Made by a program: the position numbers and the translations under genes. Positions 13,102 to 23,324 of a stretch of 64,000 nt of DNA are shown here, one piece after another. A model generated the notes under the pieces. The model had not been told where the DNA came from. It saw nothing but the letters and a program-made list of their open reading frames with translations, and searched no databases. This stretch comes from Octopus sinensis (Eukaryota), in assembly GCF_006345805.1 (NCBI RefSeq), contig NC_043008.1, positions 22,816,001 through 22,880,000 on the forward strand. The letters run 5' to 3'. Each line of letters starts with the position of its first letter. The first letter of the stretch is position 1.

Positions 13102-13384
13102 CTCCTTCTTTCCTGAGCGTCCAATAATACTATACTTGTTCCACGTCCTCGCATTGTTGTGTTTTCATGTTTGAATTAACTATATATATATATATATATA
13201 TACTACTAACAATATAGGATGAAGTCCCTTTCTCTACAGAAAAGAATTCCATCAAGAAGCGTGGCAGTATATTAAAAAAACCTTTACGGTTGAAATATAA
13301 ACATCTTATAAGCAAGGGCTAAAGAAGATTATTCTAAAGCCAATATACTAATTATCCACTTATAATCCACTTGTTACAGGAAAA
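12365..13384 (+). mobile_element. Degenerate Penelope-like RT core, inverted relative to 10330-12360 and split by microsatellite/repeat insertions at ~12795-13215
   Basis: ILDTVIASIREKLSVNLWSCT..IDINNYYASIS; SFDITMGSSDSAQIIDLVELYLL (12720-12790, similar to PLE FDVTMGSYDGAEVCELVG); YRDE..IKK..GLKI (13215-13340). Confidence 0.65.
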
Positions 13385-13456
13385 TTTTCCTGTAACAAGT
13401 GGATTATCAGTGGAATAATCTTAGAATAATCTTCTTTAGCCCTTGCTTATAAGATG
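13302..13456. repeat. Spacer-less imperfect palindrome centred between 13384 and 13385
   Basis: ATCCACTTGTTACAGGAAAA|TTTTCCTGTAACAAGTGGAT at the centre. Outer arms are CATCTTATAAGCAAGGGCTAAAGAAGATTATTCTA and its reverse complement. Confidence 0.9.
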
Positions 13457-13487
<31 letters not shown>

Positions 13488-13599
13488 CTGAACAAGTTTG
13501 TTATGGATGTATAAAGATACCATAAACAAGTATAAAAATGGAGAAAGGATGTTAAAATCAAAATTGGATTTAATACATAAGAACGTTTCAAAAGATAAT

Positions 13600-14075
13600 A
13601 CAAAAAAATACATATACACATATACACATACATACACATACACACATACAATACATATATACACATACACACACACATATACATAGATATAGATTATACA
13701 TACACATACACATATATATACATATACATACACACATACATATACACACATATACATATATATACATATATAAAAACATACATATATATATACATCCATA
13801 CATACATAAATATACACATATATACATATATAAACTCATATATACACATATACATATACATACACAGACATACCTAAACATATACACTTTTATATATATA
13901 TACATACATTGCACATACATACACATACACATATATATACATATATAAACTCATATATACACATATACATATACATACACACATACATATACACACATAT
14001 ACATATATATAATATATATATATACATACATGCATGCACACATACATACACAATATATATATATATATATATATA
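13600..14075. repeat. Compound (CA/TA)n microsatellite
   Basis: Direct inspection. Confidence 0.9.
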
Positions 14076-14155
14076 CATAGGAGGAGAATTCACAAAGGTA
14101 GGTGGTGTAGACAACAAACAGATGTATTAGTATAACACTTGGGAAGTGAAAAAGT

Positions 14156-14191
14156 CTTTAACCTTTCGAGCCTATGCTCTTCTACAGAAAG
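14156..14191 (-). ncRNA. Hammerhead-like motif, CUGUNGA family, in cassette ~14078-14220
   Basis: cttt-CTGTAGA-a-gagc-atag-gctc-GAAAG-GTT-aaag; GAAAC is mutated to GAAAG. Confidence 0.5.
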
Positions 14192-14399
14192 GAACACAGA
14201 AAGAAACAAGGAGAGAAACGTATATATATACACACACACATACTCATATACATACACACACACACACACACACACACATAAATATACATATACATACACA
14301 GACATAATATACAGATGGACACATGCATGTGTGTGCAGTATATATGCAAGTAGGGGGTATAACATAACCAATTAAGGGATAAGATGTAGAATAAGAACT

Positions 14400-14690
14400 A
14401 ATAACAAGAATACGGGGTTATCAATAAAAAAACTATTTAAGGTTAATGAAAAGAAATCAAGACATATATATATATTTACAAGAAAAAACTCTCTCATCTC
14501 TCGAATTTAAGATAGAACCATTCATTTTCATAATTATATAAGACTCTTCTAGGCATAAAAGACAAGTTCTACTGCGAATCCTATAAGAAGGAGCAGAAGA
14601 AATAATATTCCAAGAAATTGAGAAATTTATGTTATCTTTTAAGTTGCTTGACCTTTTTTGATAGAGTTTGACCACCTCCTGTACATACAC
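14400..14690 (-). mobile_element. Penelope-like GIY-YIG C-terminal fragment
   Basis: ORF 14457-14690 reads FSISWNIISSAPSYRIRSRTCLLCLEESYII..ILNSRDE, the typical PLE W..I....PY.....C.LCL.E...LN.R.E motif. Confidence 0.75.
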
Positions 14691-14930
14691 CTAAGAAGCA
14701 TCATGGCATCTGATGAGGCTTTTTAGACCAGACAATGTTTTGAAAAGACACCCACATAGATTGCATATCCGATTTGGACCAGTAAGAACTGCAGGTAAGT
14801 TCTGATCTTAGTGGATCTTAAAATGTCCTTTGAGGCCACCATGTGATTTGCAAACCTTCTGGGATATATTGCATTGAAAGGTGTGCAGAATAGTTGGTGG
14901 AAGTTGGTTTCCCATGGGTCGCAAATGAGA
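14691..14930 (-). pseudogene. Degenerate pair of C2H2 zinc fingers, probably the C-terminus of an RTE(BovB-like) LINE ORF
   Basis: Manual translation: [23 protein letters not shown] and ICNLCGCLFKTLSGLKSLIRCHDAS*. Each finger has one ligand mutated, with a stop between them. Confidence 0.6.
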
Positions 14931-15012
14931 CATATAATGTGTGTGTGTGTGTGTATATACATATATATATATATATATACTTTATTTAAAGCAGCAGAAA
15001 ATTCAACAAAAT

Positions 15013-15050
15013 CTGTTACTCTGAGTTTCTCGTTGCCGTTCATCAGACAG
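15013..15050 (-). ncRNA. Minimal hammerhead ribozyme motif with canonical core
   Basis: ctgt-CTGATGA-a-cg-gcaa-cg-a-GAAAC-tcaga-GTA-acag. Stem I is ctgt:acag and stem III is the palindromic ACTC-A-GAGT. Confidence 0.6.
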
Positions 15051-15196
15051 TTTTTGCTATATATATATATATATATGTATATTTACACATATATATGTGT
15101 ATATATACATATACATATATATGTATATATACATATATGTACATATATATGCATATATATATATATATTATATATATATATGTATATACGTATACA

Positions 15197-15230
<34 letters not shown>

Positions 15231-15243
15231 CGTATATCATCAT

Positions 15244-15300
<57 letters not shown>

Positions 15301-15332
15301 TATACATATATATGTATACATACACACACACG

Positions 15333-15371
<39 letters not shown>

Positions 15372-15480
15372 ATATATATATATAAGGGGAGAGTTCACGA
15401 AAAAACAAAAGACGAAGACAGGTGGTGTACAAAACAAAACAAACAGATGTATTAGTATAAAGCTCAGGAATAGAAAAAGT

Positions 15481-15516
15481 CTTTTACGTTTCGAGCCTAC
15501 GCTCTTCTACAGAAAG
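15481..15516 (-). ncRNA. Hammerhead-like motif, CUGUNGA family, in a (TA)n-embedded cassette ~15385-15585
   Basis: cttt-CTGTAGA-a-gagc-gtag-gctc-GAAAC-GTA-aaag. Stems I and II are perfect and ACGT is palindromic. Confidence 0.6.
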
Positions 15517-15602
15517 GGACACAGAAAAAAACAAGGAGAGAAACAAGGGGAGAAAAAAAATGTGTGTAGTGGCTACCAATCAATCATATATATATATATA
15601 TG

Positions 15603-16820
15603 CAGGAGTTGGACAAAATAATGGAAAGTAGCATCATAATTTTGAAAAATCTTTAAAACCGTCAAAAGCTTGTTTATTTTTATGTTTTTTTTTTGTTTTT
15701 TTAATTTATTAGTGTTGCTTAATATGTTTTGCTAAAATTGCTGTTTCTTTTCAGATATCATCAGAAAAATGTAATTAAAATTCATTAAAATGACAGATCT
15801 ATTGGATTTCAAAGAGGTCAAATTGTTGGTGCACATATGGCAGGCACTAGCATAATAAAAACAGCCGAAATGTTTGGTGTATCAAGAAGAGCTGTCTCAA
15901 AAGTAATAACAGCCCTAGAGAAAGAGGGAAAAACCTCCTCGTCGAAATAAAACTCTGGAAGAAAACCAAAACTTTCAGATAGAAACTGTCAGACTCTTAC
16001 ATGAATTGTTAGAAAGGATCACGAAAGTACAGTTCCCAAAATTACTGCAGAGCTTAATGACCACCTTGAGAACCTAATTTCAACTAAAACCGTTCACCGG
16101 GAGCTGCACAAAGCCGGATTTCACGGTAGGGCTACAATCAGAAAACCACTAATTCCAAAAACAAACGTTGCAAAGCATTTAGAGTGGAGTAAAAAGCTAC
16201 AGAATTGGTCCCTAGAGCAGTAGAAGGATGCTATTTTCTCAGACAAGTCATCCTTTACCTTATTTCCAACCACCAGCCAAAAGAAGCATTTGACCAAGAC
16301 TGCCTTCTTCCAACTGATGGAGAAAGATCTGTGATGATTGGGGGAGGAGGGGGCTATATCTTGGAAATCCGCCAGCCCAATGGTTTCCCTTCATGGCAGA
16401 ATTAATAGTCAAGACTATTTAAACATTTTATCTCATCAAATTCATCTCATGGTTGCAGAACCATTTCCGGAGGGAAACGCAATCTTTCAAGATGATAATG
16501 CACCAATTCACACAGTTAAAGCTGTTACTGAATGGCACAAAGAACATTCTAGTGAAGTTGAACATCTTATCTGGCCACCACAATCCCCAGATCTGAATAT
16601 TACTGAAGATTTATGGTGCATTTTAGAAAAACAAGTAAGGGGTCGATATCCTCCACCATCATCACTACAAGAACTGGAGACTGTTTTAGCAGAAGAATGG
16701 ACAAAAATTCCTTTTCAAACAATTCAAACTTTGTGCGAGTCCATGCCTCATAGACTTCAAGCTGTAACTACAGCCAAAGGTGATCCTATCCCATATTAAA
16801 ACAAATTTGTTTGAATTTAT
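15603..16820 (+). mobile_element. Tc1-like DNA transposon relic with DD36E spacing; left TIR present, right TIR missing
   Basis: Left end CAGGAGTTGGACAAAATAATGGAAA. Transposase remnants: FQRGQIVGA, GRKPKLSDR, IRKPL, FSDKSSF, FQDDNAPIH, WPPQSPDLNITE. Asp at 16494 and Glu at 16605 are separated by 36 codons. Several stops and frameshifts. Confidence 0.9.
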
Positions 16821-17699
16821 ATGCAAGTATATATCTATACACGTATATATATATATATAAAAACTTAAGAAACCTTCACTCGATCCAACTCCCCCTCTTT
16901 CACACTCATTTATTATTGTCACTTCATTAATTCACCTAATTTTGTCACAGCTTGGCTAACCGAAAACTTTTAGTTAAAGCTCTAGCTAAGAATTTCAAAT
17001 GCCCAATTCTATCACATTATTATCATAACATTCTCTCATACAGGCAGCCTGAGATTTTGCTGTTTCGCGGCAATGTTAAACCCCATTTGTGAAATTATGT
17101 TACCCTAAATCCCAAAATTCGATCTCCTCATGTTCTACCTTTGACCAGCCAAACTCTGGTCTTTCTCTCTCTCTCACTTTCGATAACCACCTGCTTCTTC
17201 CAACACTTTGCCTCTGCTCCCCACCCCACCCCACCCTATATAAACTAGCTCATTCAGATTCCCTATCTCATAATCTAACACCTCATCAAAAGGAGTGGAT
17301 AATCAGATGTTCAGATAAGCAATCTATTTTTCTCAACCCAGTACACCTTAACCTCTCTTTTTTTCAGTGCAGTCACATGACCAAAACAAATAAAAGAACA
17401 TTTTTTTTTAAATAGAAACTATGCCATTTTAATCCCAAGCAATGCCAGGTATCTCTGCTAGTTAAATCTGAAATTGTATCTGCCTAGATCCTCATTAACC
17501 TGTAAAATACCTTTAGCAAAGCACCTTCAACATGGTAAGGCTCAATAACTGGACTTTTTTACAGTTCAAAAGAAGAACCAGTGTAGTTTGCGTATTTGGT
17601 CTTTTCAAAACATTTCCATTTCTCTGATGACATTCAATATATCATTAATCTTCCAGTCACTAATATAAACCTTTCAATATACATACTGCATCCCCACAG

Positions 17700-18220
17700 T
17701 CACTCACATTACATCTTCCCAATCACTAACTTATACTGCATTCCCACCATCACTCATATCCCCCACTGTCACCCATATTTCCACTGTCACTCACACAACC
17801 ACCGTCATTTACATTGCATGTCCACCATCACTCACATCCCCAGTCATTCACAACCCCACTGTCACTCAAATCCTTACCATCACACATCCTCACCATCACT
17901 CACATATCTACCATCACTCACATACCTACCATCATTCACATTCCAACCTCACCATCATTCACATACCTGCCATCATGCACATTCCAACCCCACCATCTCT
18001 CACACCCCACCCCACCATCCTCACATCCCCACCATCACTCACATTCCAACCCCACCATCACTCACATTCCAACCCACCATCTCTCACCCCCCACCCCACC
18101 ATCACTCACATTCCAACCCCACCATCTCTCACACCCCACCCCACCATCCTCACATCCCCACCATCATTCACACCTCCACTATCATTCACACCTCCACCAT
18201 CACTCACATCCCCACCACTT
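17700..18220. repeat. C/A-rich minisatellite (CCACCATCACTCACATTCCAAC-like units)
   Basis: Repeated CACCATCACTCACAT, CCACCATCTCTCAC and CATTCCAACC units. Confidence 0.8.
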
Positions 18221-18879
18221 GACCGACTGCGACTGCATTACTTTCTCATATGAAACTAACCTAATTACATTTCAAATTATTTTTTAAAGTCTGAAATCAA
18301 AAAAAAAATAAATAAATGGGACAACTTTTTGTTGTTGTTTTTTTTTTTTTCAAATATTTCCTACCTTCATTGAGCGTCTTTGTGTTGAGTCCACTTTGAT
18401 TTTAATGCCAGAATATGATTTAAAAGTCTGAATATAAAATATACACAAATATATCAAATATATATATATATACATATATACAAACACATGTATACACACA
18501 CACAAACATGGCCACAATAAATGCATTCATAAAACATTTAACAATATAAAATACACAATCAACATTCAAGTAGAATATTCTAGAATAAACTGTTCACATT
18601 TAGAAACATTTGATGATGCGATTTGCCGCAAAAGACATACAGTGAGGAAGTTAATTATATCAGTTAAGTTAATGTTGACATATTTCAGGCAGTGGACATT
18701 ACAAAGCTAGTGATAAATAGTTAAGCAGTGAAGAGAATAACTGCTCTAATTACTTCTCCAAGTCCATATGTGTGTGCGTGTGGAGGGGAGTAGGCGAGAT
18801 TATATGAATGGTCTCGTTAGTGAAACACTGATTTCTCTCAATTTGCCGGGAATTAGCGATGATGGAAAGATTAACTAAG

Positions 18880-18947
18880 TATACGAGCTGGTAACCTATC
18901 TATACGAGCCGGTAACCTATCTATACGAGCCGGTAACCTATCTATAC
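18880..18947. repeat. 21-bp unit x3 (TATACGAGCCGGTAACCTATC)
   Basis: Direct inspection. Confidence 0.9.
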
Positions 18948-19218
18948 CCAGGTTGGAATATGGTTCACAAACAGTAACTTTATATGCTGGTGTCCCAGAA
19001 AGCCATGTGCTAATAAGATGATTGTGTTGAACACCCTATTGCCAAGAAGGAAGGAAGTTGTTCTCCAAACACATTCCCTACAGCATATTTTGAAGCTGAA
19101 CCTGCATAGACATGTTAAGAATAAATGTGTGAAGATTCACAACTTTAAATTTAAACCGCAGAAAATAAATTGCTGTAAAGTCCCCTTCATCACAGGAGTA
19201 AAAAAAAAAAACATTATT

Positions 19219-19758
19219 AGTGGCTGTGTGGTAAGTAGCTTGCTTACCAACCATATGGTTCTGGGTTCAGTCCTACTGCGTAGCACCTTGGGCAAGTGTC
19301 TTCTACTATAATCTCGGGCTGACCAAAGCCTTGTGAGTGGATTTGGTAGAAGGAAACTGAAAGAAGCCCGTCATATATATATGTATATATATATATATGT
19401 TGGGGGGACAAACACAGACACACAAACATACACACACACACATACATATATATATATCATCATCATCATCATCATTTAACGGAAAGCGGACGTTAAATGA
19501 TGATGATGATGATGATATATATATATGTATGTGTGTGTGTGTATGTTTGTGTGTCTGTGTTTATCCCCCCAACATCGCTTGACAACCGATGCTGGTGTGT
19601 TTACGTCCCCGTAACTTAGCGGTCCAGCAAAAGAGACCAATAGAATAAGTACTAGGCTTACTAGGCTTAGAAAGAATAAGTCCTGGGGTCGATTTGCTCG
19701 ACTAAAGGCGGTGCTCCAGCATGACCACAGTCAGATGACTGAAACAAGTAAAAGAGTA
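19219..19758 (+). mobile_element. SINE family A containing an internal 83-bp-arm foldback hairpin (19399-19573)
   Basis: Head and tail match family A. The middle is an inverted duplication centred on an RTE tail remnant. Confidence 0.85.
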
Positions 19759-20412
19759 AATACCTTTCGGCAAGTTATATAAGAAAGCCGTATGGTTGAA
19801 TAGTTAAAAAGTTTGCTTTGTAATCATAAAGTCTTATGTTCAATCCCACTGCATGTATCATTTTCCCAGCATACTGAGTTGACCCAAGTGTTGTAACTAA
19901 AAAGGGTAGATGGAAACTGTGTGTACCTGTAATTTAATGTTTCATCCTTGTCACAATGTCATGCCAGGAATCTTTGTCCTAACCTCCACTAGTTTTTGCA
20001 GGTCTTCAGTTTCATGCTTTGATACTTGCCTCTTATACATCAATTCAATGAATAGTCTGTTCACTTGACCAAACAACAATGAATACACATCATAGAAAAC
20101 CATTTATTATATGGCCAACAAGGCATACTAGCGACTTAGTCGAAAATGTGAGACAACTGTAGAAGACACCATAATAACTATGCAGTGGGAAATCAAAACT
20201 AGAAAACAAGGTTGCAACTGAAGAGAGTCTCTTCCCTATCTTGGGCCTGGGGTGGTTTGAAGCAAGGCTAAGGTAATTCAGTTGCTGTAGGATGGGACCT
20301 CACAGACTTTCAGCCCCCAAATCTTGCAAATGCACGATGTCAACAACCCTGAATCACTGATTACCAACATGATGTTGTGTTTATATATTTTGCTCTAAGT
20401 TTCAGTGAAGCA

Positions 20413-20497
<85 letters not shown>

Positions 20498-20749
20498 ACA
20501 TATATATATATAATAAAGGGTAAAATCATAAATGATTTTTATCAAGTGGTCAGCACAGAAATAAAACCTGGTAGGTAAATTTTTATAAATATTTATAAAA
20601 TATTTATACATATACATATATATATACATATATACATATATACACACACACATACACATATATATATATAAACACAAGAAGAAAAAAACGACACGAGGAC
20701 GTGGTACATGCAAAGTATTAAAAGATGCTCAAGAAAGGGAAGAAAGGGT

Positions 20750-20784
20750 GTTTTACGTTTCGAGCAAAGCTCTTCTTCAGAAAC
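20750..20784 (-). ncRNA. Minimal hammerhead ribozyme, canonical core, in cassette ~20670-20860
   Basis: gttt-CTGAAGA-a-gagc-ttt-gctc-GAAAC-GTA-aaac. All core residues are present, stems I and II are 4 bp each, and stem III is the palindrome ACGT. Confidence 0.72.
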
Positions 20785-20867
20785 AAGAGACAGAGGAAAG
20801 TCCAAGAGAAAAGGAAGGCAGGAAAAAAATCACCAACAACCCACATGTAGTTACATTTTATATACAA

Positions 20868-21255
20868 AGGTGCAGGTGAGGCTGAATGGTAAGAAGTTTG
20901 CTTCCCAACCACATGGTTCCAGGTTCAGTCCCACTGCATGGAACCTTGGACAAATGTCTTCTACTATAGCCTTGGGTCAACCAAAGCCTTGTGACTGGAT
21001 TCGGTAGACGGAAACTGAAAAAAGCCCATTGTATGTGTGTGTGTGTGTGTCTGTCTGTGTTTATCCCTTGCTACCACTTGACAACTGATGCTGGTGTGTT
21101 TATGTCACCATAACTTAGCAGTTTGGCAAAAGAGACCAATAGAATAAGTACTAGGCTTACAATTAATATGCCCTGGGATCAATTTGTTTAACTAAAACCA
21201 TTTAAGACAGTGCTCTAGCATGGCCAGTCAAATGACTAAAACAAGTAAAAGAATA

Positions 21256-21258
<3 letters not shown>
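20868..21258 (+). mobile_element. SINE family A, full length
   Basis: Colinear with 3467-3960. Confidence 0.8.
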
Positions 21259-21293
<35 letters not shown>

Positions 21294-21492
21294 TCAGGAA
21301 CTGATGCAAGTTATCTTGTTTGTCTATGACTTCCAGGTGTTGTTCTCTGATGCCTATAATCACAGCCTGCCCATGAACTAGCAAAACACATACCTTGTGT
21401 ATGTGTGTTTGACATTGTTTATATCCCTCAGGCTGCTTCTCATTCATATTTGAATATGTATATATATATATATATATAAAATAATATGTTAC

Positions 21493-21555
21493 AGATAACC
21501 GAAGAGATGGTGTTGTGGATTTCCACTTCGGCATCTGAAACTCAGAGTTTTATCT
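21493..21555 (+). ncRNA. Hammerhead-like motif with CCGAAGA core and extended stem II
   Basis: agataa-CCGAAGA-gatg-(22 nt including gtgg-attt-ccac)-catc-t-GAAAC-tcaga-GTT-ttatct. Stem I is a perfect 6 bp. Confidence 0.6.
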
Positions 21556-22167
21556 TGACTATTGAGTAATTGTAACATATTATTTTATAGATAAATTTCC
21601 TCTATTTACATAATATTGAGGTCTCTTTCTTTCTTTTGTTATCTTACCGTTTTTACCAATATCTCTTATTATAAAAGGCAGATTTTATCTGCCTCCCTTT
21701 GGGAGTTATACAAATCTACAATATAGGATTTCTTCAATTACAATTTACCTTGCATTTTTAAGAGTACAATGCAGCGCGTCATGCCAGTCCAGTTTTTAAA
21801 ATTTAAACTCCAGTTAAGCAAAATTTACAGAAAACTCACATTCTGGTGTGGTGTGTCAAATGCTTTTCTTAGTCTGGTTTACAGCACACGCAAACGCACA
21901 CACACAGTGGGCAACGAATAAAATGAAAGTAATTGACTTACTGTAGTGAGTGATTCTTTCACTCTGCCTCCCACTTCCTCTTTCCACACAGACACGCAAA
22001 TATATAAATAAAATTGTAAGCTAACGTGCGTGGTGTGAGTGGGTGTGTGTGGGTGTGCGCGTGTGTGTGTGTGTGAGGGTGCGTGTGTGTGTGTGTGTGC
22101 GTGTGCGTGAGTGTGTGACAGGAAAGTTTTTTTACGAGGAATATAACACCTATATCCAAGTAGCAGA

Positions 22168-22643
22168 AGATAAGACAGTAAGGTGTGATTTGAGGGAGAT
22201 TTGGCTGCTATTTCTACCATGTCTAGCTGCCATGTAGGGGTCTCCCTCATAGGCTCATACATACATATATACATAGATAAGACAGTAAGGTGTGATTTGG
22301 GGGAAATTTGGCTGCTATTTCTACCAGGTCTAGCTGCCATGTAGGGGTCTCCCTCATAGGCTCATACATACATATATACATAGATAAGACAGTAAGTGTG
22401 ATTTGGGGGAAATTTGGCTGCTATTTCTACCAGGTCTAGCTGCCATGTAGGGGTCTCCCTCATAGGCTCATACATACATATATACATAAGACAGTAAGGT
22501 GTGATTTGGGGGAAATTTGGCTGCTATTTCTACCAGGTCTAGCTACCATGTAGAGGTCCCCCTCATTGGCTCATATATATATACATACATAAGACAGTAA
22601 GGTGTGATTTGAGGGAGATTTGGCTGCTGTTTCTACCAGGTCT
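22168..22643. repeat. Tandem array, 102-107 bp unit, ~4.5 copies
   Basis: GACAGTAAG(G)TGTGATTTG starts at 22174, 22281, 22388, 22490 and 22593. Confidence 0.9.
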
Positions 22644-23006
22644 GTTAGGCCTTCTCATGTAAACTCAAGCTTTCTCATGCCTTCAACATATGACCAAAGC
22701 AGAGAATGTATTCTTTTATTCTTCTTTTTCCAGCCATTGGTCTGTGGCCATGCTGGGGCAATGCCTTGAAGAATTGTAGTTTAATGAATCAACTCGTTTT
22801 ATTTTTGTAAGCATTGTACTTATTCTATCTGTTTCCTTTGTCAAACCACTAGGTGACAGGGATGTAAACAAACCAACATTCGTTGTCAAGCAGTGGTGGA
22901 GGACAATCACAAGCACAGACGCGCACACACACACACATACATGCATACACATATACACACATACATACATACATACATATATATATATATGTGTGTATAT
23001 ATATAT

Positions 23007-23324
23007 TGCAGCGTGGAAGGTGTTTGTAAGCCATTTAAGAAACACACAAAAACCGTTACATTCACTTCAACATTTAAATTTAATTTGCCAAAATATTTTC
23101 GTCGCTTTCAGACCGCGACCTGTTCACTGACAAAAATATCGTGCTAACAGGTCGCGGTCTCAAAGCGACGAAAATATTTTCACAAATTAAATTTAAATGT
23201 TGAAGTGAATCTAACGGTTTTTGTGTGTTTCTTAAATGGCTTATAAACACCTTCAACGCTGCAACTGTTTTCGTTCCCGCACACGATCTCAGATCAAGTC
23301 ACTTGCTATGCAAGTACATCTCTG
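23007..23324. mobile_element. Palindromic non-autonomous element (MITE-like; ~118-bp arms, 21-nt loop, one terminus at 23324)
   Basis: 23007-23124 is the reverse complement of 23146-23263. The terminal motif GAGATGTACTTGCAT..AGTGACTTGATCTGAGATC recurs at ~35665 and ~36467. Confidence 0.75.

Noticed and set aside
14710-14735. CTGATGAGGCTTTTTAGACC as a hammerhead
   Set aside because: It lacks GAAAC and is explained as the antisense of the zinc-finger codons.
13400-15620. Many Y/I/C/V/M/H/T-rich ORFs (also near 6200-6690, 9040, 20400 and 44350)
   Set aside because: They are translations of (TA)n, (CA)n and (TG)n microsatellites.
17596-18287. His/Pro/Thr-rich ORFs resembling extensin- or mucin-like proteins
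   Set aside because: All three frames are open over a C/A-rich minisatellite, with no splice or domain evidence.
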